Shown: positions 1 through 8,206 of the stretch, piece by piece
How the letters are laid out: each line of letters starts with the position of its first letter
Position numbering within the stretch: the stretch's first letter is position 1
Assembly (NCBI GenBank): GCA_965224085.1
Contig: CBDCYI010000011.1
Location: 1,312,001 to 1,376,000, forward strand
DNA from: Candidatus Marinacidobacterales bacterium
GTDB taxonomy: Bacteria > Acidobacteriota > Vicinamibacteria > Marinacidobacterales > SMYC01
Direction: 5' to 3'
DNA: 64,000 bases
The notes under the pieces: generated by a model
Databases searched by the model: none
The model's input: only the letters and a program-made list of their open reading frames with translations
What the model was told of the DNA's origin: nothing
Program-made: the position numbers and the translations under genes

Positions 1-20
1 ATCTCTGTCGGCAGGTGGTC

Positions 21-58
21 TCCGCACGGCGGCCTCAACTCAGAGACCGCCGTGCAGA
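21..58 (-). terminator. GC-rich stem-loop 3' of the 17-aa micro-ORF (terminator or stabilising hairpin)
   Basis: Minus strand TCTGCACGGCGGTCTC...GAGGCCGCCGTGCGGA forms a long stem starting ~10 nt after the TAG; no clear U-tract. Confidence 0.45.
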
Positions 59-67
59 GGTAGAACT

Positions 68-121
68 CTAGTCGTGGACCATCCAGCGCACACCGGCCTG
101 GATCCGGGTTCTGACTTTCAT
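68..121 (-). CDS. Putative 17-aa peptide MKVRTRIQAGVRWMVHD (below the ORF-track cutoff)
   Basis: ATG at 121-119 and TAG at 70-68; SD-like AGGGGT 5 nt upstream; upstream promoter and downstream hairpin. Confidence 0.55.
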   Translation of the reverse strand: MKVRTRIQAGVRWMVHD

Positions 122-377
122 AGGGCACCCCTACAAGTTCGGCGTCGCTGGTCGCGCAGAGGTGTCGCCGGGAGGTGCGTCGCCCCGCGCTGGACGCCGG
201 TTTCTTGTTCTTGCCTGCCTCCCCCCAGCGCTTCAGTGGGGGGCACGGAAGCCTGGCTCCTCACAACGGCAGCCGAAGACTCCAGCCGCCGAAGTTGGTC
301 GAGTTCCCAAGTTAGGGGGAACGCCAGCCAGTAGGGCCCGCGTTAGGGGCTAGACGAACATCTAGATTTTTGGGTAA
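122..377 (-). ncRNA. Candidate structured 5' leader or cis-regulatory RNA
   Basis: Several stems (CTAGA/TCTAG, GTTCCC/GGGAAC, CGGCGGCTG/CGGCTGCCG, CCCCCCA/TGGGGGG, CGGCGTC/GACGCCG) with an A-rich linker; no credible ORF on this strand. Confidence 0.4.
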
Positions 378-383
378 CAAACC

Positions 384-413
384 ACTATACCATCGGTCCG
401 CTGTGTTCGACAA
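384..413 (-). promoter_or_regulatory. sigma70-type promoter
   Basis: TTGTCG (413-408), 18-nt spacer, TATAGT (389-384) with extended -10 TGn. Confidence 0.55.
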
Positions 414-605
414 GCTCGCCAGATTCGAAGAGATTCAACAGGCGCCCCGAAAACAGGAATCGCGTGTGACTTTCTCGAGCTAGGAACCGACTCTACAAAC
501 GAGCAGCGACAAAGTTTAGGCGCCTTGCTGCCAGCTTGGACTTTTTTCAAAACGCGCGCTGGGGTTCGCACGACGTGTGATCGACTATCACGAAAGGCTC
601 AATAT

Positions 606-1349
606 ATGGCGCACCAGGATTTTGTCCCAACGCTGCTACTCGTCGAGCGCTCCGGGAAAGAGTCCGAAAGGTACCGAACGCTAGCGAAACGCGCCGGTTT
701 CCGAGTCTTGACGGCGAAGTCCGCACCCATGACGCGCGTCGTCGCCCAGCGCTCCCGGCCGGGTCTCGTATTGTTGTCTCCTTTGACGGGGCCGCCAGGT
801 GCCTCGGAGATCGCGCGCAGCATCAAGGAAGACCCCAAGACGAGCGACATTCCAATCATGATCCTCGTCGATCGCGCTGGTCCACCCCTGTCCCGCGTCT
901 ATCCGACCGAAGCGTGCGCGTCTACAGCGGCGAGTGACGAAGACCTCGTCCAAACGATGCGAGCGGTCCGCAGTCGCCGACGGACGGAGCGCCGCGAACC
1001 GGAGCCTTCGAGCCCACTCGAGGGAGATCTCGCGGACGACACCCTCCCCGGTGTGCTCGAGTTCCTGTTTGCGACCGAACGTACGGGCCGCATAGTCGTA
1101 CTCGAGGGAAGCAGACGGCCGGGACATATCTACGTCGAAGAAGGTAATGTCGTTCATGCCGAGATTGCCCAACAACGCGGTCTCGACGCGTTCAAAAGGA
1201 TGTGTTTTCTCACCCACGGCCGATTCAAATTCGAGCCCGAGTTCCGTGCGGGTGTGAGGACCATGACGGAGAACGGCATGAAGATGCTCTTGGAGAGCGC
1301 CCACCAGCGCGACGAGCTCGATCGAGCGAGGAGCGTCGCCCGCGGCTAA
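606..1349 (+). CDS. Atypical receiver domain plus DUF4388 (PATAN-like) domain protein
   Basis: Receiver-like N-terminus (LLLVE...PGLVLLS...IKEDPKTSDIPIMIL); C-terminus LEGDLADDTLPGVLEFL...TGRI...GHIYVEEGNVVHAE. Start moved to ATG 606. Confidence 0.75.
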   Translation: MAHQDFVPTLLLVERSGKESERYRTLAKRAGFRVLTAKSAPMTRVVAQRSRPGLVLLSPLTGPPGASEIARSIKEDPKTSDIPIMILVDRAGPPLSRVYPTEACASTAASDEDLVQTMRAVRSRRRTERREPEPSSPLEGDLADDTLPGVLEFLFATERTGRIVVLEGSRRPGHIYVEEGNVVHAEIAQQRGLDAFKRMCFLTHGRFKFEPEFRAGVRTMTENGMKMLLESAHQRDELDRARSVARG

Positions 1350-1369
1350 GGGCTCTCAGGAAATTGTCT

Positions 1370-4141
1370 TTAATGGATCCCGGCTAGCGCCTCGATGTCG
1401 GCACGGGTCGAAGCACTCCAGCCGGAGAACGCGTCGATCACGCTCCCACGGGCGTCGAGTACGAGGGTGAGAGGAACCGTGAGCGACGAGCCGGCGAAGA
1501 TCTTCCCGAAATCAGACTCAGCGAGCGTGTAGTTGGGGTAGGAAATCTGCCGCGCCTCCAGGTAGCCTGGCACCGCGCCCGTATCGGTGTCGACGCTGAT
1601 ACCAACGAGCTCGACACCCGCCGCCTCGAGCTTCGGAAATAGTCTCTCGAGCTCGGGCATCTCCACGGCGCACGGCACACACCAAGTCGCCCAGAAGTTG
1701 ACGAGCATCTTTCGCCCGGAAATACCGAGAGCAGCCCTCGGGTTTGCGCCGACGGACGTGAGCGCGAGCTCTGGAAACGACTCGCCAACGCCTACCGCCA
1801 GGGTCTTGAAGAGCCTTTCCGATGGCGTTCGCGGCCGGGGCAGCTCCAGCCGGTCGAGATCGAGCTCTGAGAGGCCTTCACCCTCGACGAGACGCACGCT
1901 CTCGCCGCTGTGAACGTCGTAGCGCTCTTCGAGCCCCGACGGCCAAAGCACCGATAGCGGATAGGGTCCATCGGGTGCGTTGGGCCCGAGCCCAAAAAGA
2001 AGGCGCGCGTCGCTAAAGGAGAGAAAGCCGCTCCCACCGGATTTGATTTTCGTCTGCGTCCCGCGCGACGTTTCGAGCTTCACGACCGCGCCAAAGGCGT
2101 CGGACGCTGATCGGGTCCCGCGAAGGGTAACGCGCACGAAATCGTTGTCCTGGCCCACGTTGTTGCGATAGACGAGACGGGCGGTCTCTTGCACGGGCAC
2201 GATCACGACATCGAGATCCCCGTCATTGTCGAGATCGCCAAAGGCAAGACCGCGTCCATCGCTGATGGAATCGAGGCCGGAGACACCGGAGACGTTTATA
2301 TAGGTGCCGTCGCCTTGGGCCAGGTAGAGCGCGTCGCGCTCGAATCCGCTGAAAGACATCCCCTCCTCGAACAGCTGCGCCATGTGCTCGTTCTGATAGG
2401 TGCTGTTGCCTGCCTTCTCCTGCTCGCTCGCGGACGCCACGACGTGGCGCCAGAAGAGGCTTCACGTGTCCTTCATCGTCTTGCCCGAGACGAAGCCGTT
2501 CACCGAGAACGCGTCCTCCCAGCCGTCATTGTCGAAATCGAAAAAACCCCCGCCATAGGCCCAACCGGCGCCGAAGCCGCCCGCCGCCGAGGCGACGTTC
2601 ACGAACGTGCCATCGCCCTGGTTCTCGAAAAGCGAGTTCCCTGCGGCAAGCTTTTTCAACAGCGCGGTATCTGCAGTTGCAGTGGCATCGGGCATGAGAC
2701 GAGCGAGAATGCGATTACCCGCGGTGGAGGACATGTTCGTAACGTGGAGGTCCAGGTCGCCATCGTTGTCATAGTCGCCGAACGACACCCCCATACCGTT
2801 TCCAGGATCCACCGCACCGCGTAGGGCGGCCTCGTCTTCGAAATCGTCACCTCGATTCATGAAGAGCGCGTTTTCTCCGAAATCGTTGGCGACATAGAGA
2901 TCTTGGCGCCCATCGCCGTCGACATCGGCGAACGCTGCGGCGTAGCTCCACCGACGATCGGCCACGCGCCGCGAGCGCGCCTCTTCGCGAAACGTGCCGT
3001 CGCCCTGATTGATGAAGAGCAAGTTCGGCGTACCGTTTTCAGCCCGGCTCCACGAGTCCGGCATGATCTGCCCGTAGAGATTGTAGGAGCTCACATAGAG
3101 GTCCGTATAGCCATCTCCGTTCACATCCGCCGCGGACGTGCTGAAGCCCACCGCACGATGGTCGACACCCGCCTCCACCGAGACATCGAGAAACTCTAGC
3201 TTTCCCGAAGGCCGCAGCTGGTTTTGTAGCAGAATCTGCTCGCCAACAGCCGCCATGAAGATGTCCCGATCTCCATCGTTGTCGTAGTCGACTAGGAGCG
3301 TCCCCGTACCTCTGCGGCTGAAGAGAACGAGCGTCTCGTCGGAAACGTCGCGAAAGGTCGAGCCACTATCGAGCGTGTTCAAAAAGAGGCGGTTTCCGAG
3401 AACGCCGCTCGTGAAGAGATCGGCGCGTCCGTCGCCATCGACATCGCCAATCGCCGCGCCATGGGCCACGAAGCCATCGTTCGGCGCGACCCCGAACCGT
3501 GGGACGTTCTCCCAGAGGCCCAAAGGTTCGCTCACCTCAGAGAACAGATCTTGCCGCGAGATGAGTGAATCGAGGTTCTGGAATCGCCAATAGTCGACGA
3601 CCCACCGCTCCTCGGGACCGAGGTGCACGCGGGCTTCGATATTGCCTCGCACCCACTCGCGATGACCCGCAGGATCACGTCCGATAAGAAAGAAGAAGAC
3701 AGAGGCCTGACCGCGGACCGGCTGAGAGAGCTCGAAGTCGGCCTTTATGACTTTGAAGCGAACATCTTCGAGGTGCGTGAAATGAGCGAGAAAGCCTTCG
3801 AGGCTCGCAAGGAACACTTCGCGCCCGACGGGCCGAGCCTCGCGATCGAGCTCCCACCCATGACTCTCGATCCACTTGACGACACGGAGGCTAGGCCCGG
3901 CTTTGGAGGGAAAGAGAGTGGCTTCGAACGGTTTGCGCTCGCCGAAGCTCGCTGCGACTTGGGCGAGGTCCTGCCCGCGCAAAGACACGGAAAGCTCGAG
4001 AAGCTGATTGGCGAGCGATTCGGACAGGTCTTCCACGCGCTCCAATTGGGCGCGGTCGAGCTCGATGGGCTGCGCCGATGCCGAGAGCGCGACACCAGCA
4101 AAAAACCACGCGAGCACACACGACCCTACCCTGCGCATCAC
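1370..4141 (-). CDS. Secreted FG-GAP repeat / ASPIC-UnbV / TlpA-thioredoxin protein with in-frame UGA at codon 560 (candidate selenoprotein, ~923 aa)
   Basis: Signal peptide; repeated DxDxDGxxD motifs on both sides of TGA 2464-2462; seven in-frame codons (SLFWRHV) bridge to the ORF at 2440; ASPIC-UnbV-like region; C-terminal NFWATWCVPC. Confidence 0.75.
2433..2451 (-). promoter_or_regulatory. Putative bacterial SECIS hairpin
   Basis: mRNA UGA-AGCCUCUUCU-GGCGCCAC-GUC-GUGGCGUC: 8-bp stem, loop starting with G, 18 nt after the UGA. Confidence 0.6.
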
Positions 4142-4192
4142 TCAGAATAGCGGCAAGAATCGATCCCCGCAAGAGCACCCAGCAGAGGGGGC

Positions 4193-5986
4193 TCAGCGTT
4201 TCGCAGGAGCCAGCTTCCGCAGCTCCTCTCCCAGAAAGGCGGAGACCTCTTTCACCGTGGCGAGACGGAGAGCTTCTTCCGCAATGGCCCGGGCTTCGCT
4301 TGCGGACAACCGCCGGATCAAGTTTTTGACGGTCGGGATCGAGACCGCGTTCATCGAGAGCTCATCGAGGCCAAAGCCGACGAGGAGTGTTATGAGGAGC
4401 GGATCCGCTGCCATCTCGCCGCACATACCGACTTTGATCCCACCTTCATGCGCGGAGTCGATGACGAAGCGGAGGGTTCGGAGAACGGCGGGATGAAGCG
4501 GCTCGTAGAGATACGACACCCGGTCGTTGCCGCGATCGACGCCAAGCAGATATTGGATCAGATCGTTGGTGCCAATGCTGAAAAACGCCGCCTCTTTCGC
4601 GAGAAGGTCCGCCGTCGCCGCCGCCGAGGGCACTTCGAGCGTCACGCCGCAGGGCAACTCGTCGCTGAAATCGAGCCCGTCGCGCCGAAGCTCGTGCTTC
4701 GCCTGTTCGACAACGCTCATCGCCTCGCGGAACTCACCGACACCACTCACCATTGGAAACATCACTTTGATGTTCCCATGGACCCTGGCGCGCCACAGTG
4801 CGCGGAGCTGTTCTTTGAACAACGTCCGATGCCTGAGCAATAATCGCACCGCTCGCAGTCCGAGCGCCGGATTGGCCTCGGAGCCAGAAACGTCGTCTCC
4901 CAGTTGCTCAGCGGAGAGATCGAAAGCACGCACGATGACGGACCACGGCTTCATCCGCTCCGCCATCTTGCGATAGACGACATATTGCTCCTCTTCGCCC
5001 GGAAACGCTCCGCGGCTTCTGGTGAGAAACCACTCCGAGCGAAAAAGACCAATGCCTTGCGCGCCGTTTTTCTCCGCCGAAGTGCACTCCTCGGGAAACT
5101 CGATATTGGCTTGAAGCACGACTTCGAAGCCGTCCGTCGTCTCCGCGGGCAAATCGCGCAAATGCTCGAGCTTCTGCCCGAGCGCTTTCTCACGGCGCCG
5201 CTTCGCACGGTATTCCCGCAGCGTCCCGCGATCGGGGTTGACCACGATGATCCCTTCGCTTCCGTCGAGGATGAGAGGCGCTCCGTGGTCGACTTTCTTC
5301 ATTAGATCCCGAACCCCGACGACACAGGGAATGCCAAGGGAACGGGCAATGATGGCGGTATGGTAGGTGCGGCTTCCGACTTCCATGCCGAGGCCCGCCG
5401 TGTGGTCCCAGTCGAGCTGCGCCGTATCGGACGGCCGCACGTTCTCGGCGAGGAGGATGTAATCCCTCTCCAGCTTTACGAGACTCCGGTTAGGCGCACC
5501 AGCGATATTGCGCACGAGCCGTCCGGCGACGTCGAAGATATCGCCGCGCCGCGCCCGGAAGTAATCGTCTTCCACACGATCGAAAACCGAGGCGAGCTCC
5601 TCGAGCGTGACCTTCACCGCCCATTCGGCGTTCACGCGCTGCTCGCGGATCACTTGCTCGACCCGCCCGATGAGAAGCGGGTCGTCCAGCATGAGGATTT
5701 GGGCATCGACGATATAACCATGATCTTCACCCAAAGCATCGACCGTGCGCGCTTTGACGGCTTCGAGCTGTTTCTTCGTGAGCTCCGTGGCGTTTTCGAG
5801 CCGCGCGACCTCAGGCTTCACCTCCTGGCGCCCTAGGGGGATGCGAAAGAACGGGACTTCTTGGTAGTCGAAAACGAGCGCGCGGGCGATGACGATTCCT
5901 GGAGCGACGCCGATGCCGTGCAGGACCAGGGGCTCTGGCCGGTCGGCACGGTCCAGAGGCGGTGACGTCGGCGCGCTCGTCGTCAT
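4193..5986 (-). CDS. ptsI: PEP-protein phosphotransferase (PTS Enzyme I)
   Basis: GSRTYHTAIIAR active His; GIGLFRSE; EANPALGLRAVR; SIGTNDLIQY; GMCGEMA. Confidence 0.95.
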   Translation of the reverse strand: MTTSAPTSPPLDRADRPEPLVLHGIGVAPGIVIARALVFDYQEVPFFRIPLGRQEVKPEVARLENATELTKKQLEAVKARTVDALGEDHGYIVDAQILMLDDPLLIGRVEQVIREQRVNAEWAVKVTLEELASVFDRVEDDYFRARRGDIFDVAGRLVRNIAGAPNRSLVKLERDYILLAENVRPSDTAQLDWDHTAGLGMEVGSRTYHTAIIARSLGIPCVVGVRDLMKKVDHGAPLILDGSEGIIVVNPDRGTLREYRAKRRREKALGQKLEHLRDLPAETTDGFEVVLQANIEFPEECTSAEKNGAQGIGLFRSEWFLTRSRGAFPGEEEQYVVYRKMAERMKPWSVIVRAFDLSAEQLGDDVSGSEANPALGLRAVRLLLRHRTLFKEQLRALWRARVHGNIKVMFPMVSGVGEFREAMSVVEQAKHELRRDGLDFSDELPCGVTLEVPSAAATADLLAKEAAFFSIGTNDLIQYLLGVDRGNDRVSYLYEPLHPAVLRTLRFVIDSAHEGGIKVGMCGEMAADPLLITLLVGFGLDELSMNAVSIPTVKNLIRRLSASEARAIAEEALRLATVKEVSAFLGEELRKLAPAKR

Positions 5987-6258
5987 CCGGTCCTCTTTTC
6001 GCCGAGCCCTTCCGAGACGAGCGTCACGAGCGCGTTCACCGCAGCTTCCTCGTCCTCGCCGGTCGCGGAAATGGTGATGACGCTGCCTACTGCCGCTACG
6101 AGAAATAGTATGCCGAGGATACTCTTGCCGTCCGTCGTTGTTCCGTCTTTCGTAATGGTGACTTTCGAGCGGAACTTCGTGGCGGTCCGCACGAACCGAG
6201 CCGCGGGCCTCGCATGAAGGCCGAGAACATTTACGATCTCGACGCGTCGTTCAACCAC
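5983..6258 (-). CDS. ptsH: Phosphocarrier protein HPr
   Basis: GLHARPAA (His15) and DGKSILGI (Ser46); GTG start 6258. Confidence 0.93.
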   Translation of the reverse strand: MVERRVEIVNVLGLHARPAARFVRTATKFRSKVTITKDGTTTDGKSILGILFLVAAVGSVITISATGEDEEAAVNALVTLVSEGLGEKRTG

Positions 6259-6691
6259 TCTCGGCGTCCTGCTCTTTCTTTTCCTTCCGCGCCAGCAGAT
6301 CGCCAGCAAGGTAGATACTGTCTTTACCTTCTCGCGCCGCTTCGGAGGCGAGCTCCAAGAGGCCGTCCCCCTCTTCCTCTTCGCGAAGGCTCGCGAGTCG
6401 TATGAGCATTGGCAGGTTCACACCCGTCACGACCTCGACCCGACTTTTCTCGAGAAAGGTCAAGCTCAAATTCGAGGGCGTGCCACCGAACATGTCGGTG
6501 AGGACGACGGTGCCTTTGCCAGAATCGGCGCGCAGGATGGCTTCCTCGATCTCTCTTTGCGCATCGTCCGGGCTCTCGTGCCAGCCGATGGAGACCGCGG
6601 TCACGTTCGGAATTTCCCCGATGATCATCTCGGCCGCCGAGACGAGTTCGCGCGCGAGCTGGCCATGGGTAACGACCACGATGCCGATCAC
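6251..6691 (-). CDS. PTS mannose/fructose-type EIIA component
   Basis: IVVVTHG; LTDMFGGTPSN; GVNLPML. Confidence 0.92.
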   Translation of the reverse strand: MIGIVVVTHGQLARELVSAAEMIIGEIPNVTAVSIGWHESPDDAQREIEEAILRADSGKGTVVLTDMFGGTPSNLSLTFLEKSRVEVVTGVNLPMLIRLASLREEEEGDGLLELASEAAREGKDSIYLAGDLLARKEKKEQDAESG

Positions 6692-7573
6692 TCAGACGGT
6701 CTCCACATCTCTATGCGAGATCCGCACACGCTGACGGGCGCTCTCGAGTCGCTTGCCGATATGGTTCGAAATCGCCACTGAACGATGTCTACCACCGGTG
6801 CACCCAATGCCAATCGTAAGATTGCTCTTGCCCTCCGCCGCGTAGTGCGGCAGCAGATAGTCGAGAAAGGACGAGAGCCGGTCGAGAAACTCCTCTGTCT
6901 GCGGTTGCGCGAAAAGAAAGGACTCCACCTCCGCGTCGCTCCCCGTCTTCTCTCGGAGATCCGTCTCGAAGTATGGATTGGGAAGAAAGCGCACGTCAAA
7001 CAAGAGGTCCGCACCCAAAGGAATGCCGTTCTTATAGCCGAAGGACAAAACGTGAATCGCCGGCCCCGCGCGCTCCGCAGTGTCGACAAAGCTCTCGAGC
7101 ACGTGTTGACGAAGCTCGTGGACCGTCAAGTTCGACGTATCCACGATCCGATCCGCGATCTTCCGAATCGGCGCGAGCTCTGCCTCTTCCCGCTGAACCG
7201 CGTCCTCCAGTGTGTCTACGTCACCATCGCCTTGAAGCGGATGCGGGCGGCGGCTCTCGCTGAAACGCCTGACAAGGACGTCGTTACGCGCCAGTAAAAA
7301 GATGACTGTCGTGGGAAAGCCGCGCTCTTTGAGCTGTTCATGCGCTTCGGGAAAATCTTCGAGAAAGCCTCGTTCCCTGATGTCAGTGACGATGGCGACG
7401 CGGTCGATCTCGCCGCCTTTCGCGGTGAGCTCGGCGAAGGGCAAGATGAGCTTCGCCGGCAGGTTGTCGACGCAGAAAAAGCCCGTATCTTCGAGCGCTT
7501 TCATCGCCAGGGTCTTCCCGGAGCCGGAAAGCCCGGTAATAAAAACGAATCGCGCTCGCGCTGGCTGCGACAT
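6692..7573 (-). CDS. rapZ: RNase adapter RapZ (YvcJ/YhbJ)
   Basis: ITGLSGSGKT P-loop; FCVDNLP; DVRFLPNPYF; GCTGGRHRSV. Confidence 0.95.
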   Translation of the reverse strand: MSQPARARFVFITGLSGSGKTLAMKALEDTGFFCVDNLPAKLILPFAELTAKGGEIDRVAIVTDIRERGFLEDFPEAHEQLKERGFPTTVIFLLARNDVLVRRFSESRRPHPLQGDGDVDTLEDAVQREEAELAPIRKIADRIVDTSNLTVHELRQHVLESFVDTAERAGPAIHVLSFGYKNGIPLGADLLFDVRFLPNPYFETDLREKTGSDAEVESFLFAQPQTEEFLDRLSSFLDYLLPHYAAEGKSNLTIGIGCTGGRHRSVAISNHIGKRLESARQRVRISHRDVETV

Positions 7574-7608
7574 TCAACCGGTCCACATGGGGCTTGTGGT
7601 CGCGCGGC

Positions 7609-8154
7609 TTACTCCGGGTCGATCAGCCCCAGATTCCCGTCGGGCCTCTGATAGAGAACGTTGGTGCGATCGTTGCTGGCATTTTTGAAGACGAGAAACT
7701 CCCCGCCACCCTCTTCGAGTGCTAACACCGCCTCTTCGACCGTCATCGGTTTGATGAGGAAGCGCCGGCTCTCGATCACATTCCGCGACTCCGGGCCCGA
7801 GCCCTCGCCGCCGGCGAGAACGTTCAACGTGCCCTGACCATCACTCTTTGGAGCGCGCCGTCGTTTCTTGTCGATGCGCTTGGCGCGGTGCTTTTTCGCT
7901 TGACCTTGAATCTTTTCGAGCGCCTTGGTTACCGAGGACTTCAAGTCATCGGTCGCTTCGGTCGCAGACATATGGACGCCCCCACGACTATGAACGTTGA
8001 GCTCGGCAATCTGGCGATACTTTTCCGTCGACAGAGTGACACGGACATCGGTGATGCCATCGATAAATTTGTCAAGCTTTTCCACGCGATTCTCGATATA
8101 GGACTTCAACTTCGGTGGCACATCCATATGCCGAGCCGTGATTTGAATCAACAT
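7609..8154 (-). CDS. hpf: Long ribosome hibernation promoting factor
   Basis: MLIQITARHMDV...KLDKF; C-terminal KPMTVEEA...NVLYQRPDGNLGLI; directly downstream of rpoN. Confidence 0.92.
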   Translation of the reverse strand: MLIQITARHMDVPPKLKSYIENRVEKLDKFIDGITDVRVTLSTEKYRQIAELNVHSRGGVHMSATEATDDLKSSVTKALEKIQGQAKKHRAKRIDKKRRRAPKSDGQGTLNVLAGGEGSGPESRNVIESRRFLIKPMTVEEAVLALEEGGGEFLVFKNASNDRTNVLYQRPDGNLGLIDPE

Positions 8155-8206
8155 GGCGCACTCCGACGACCGGAGCGAACGCGCGCGACGAGCATGGATG
8201 GTCGTG

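Noticed and set aside
1-377. Group II intron end, tmRNA, RNase P, or cobalamin/c-di-GMP/ydaO riboswitch as the identity of the structured region
   Set aside because: I could not find the diagnostic motifs of any of these by eye.
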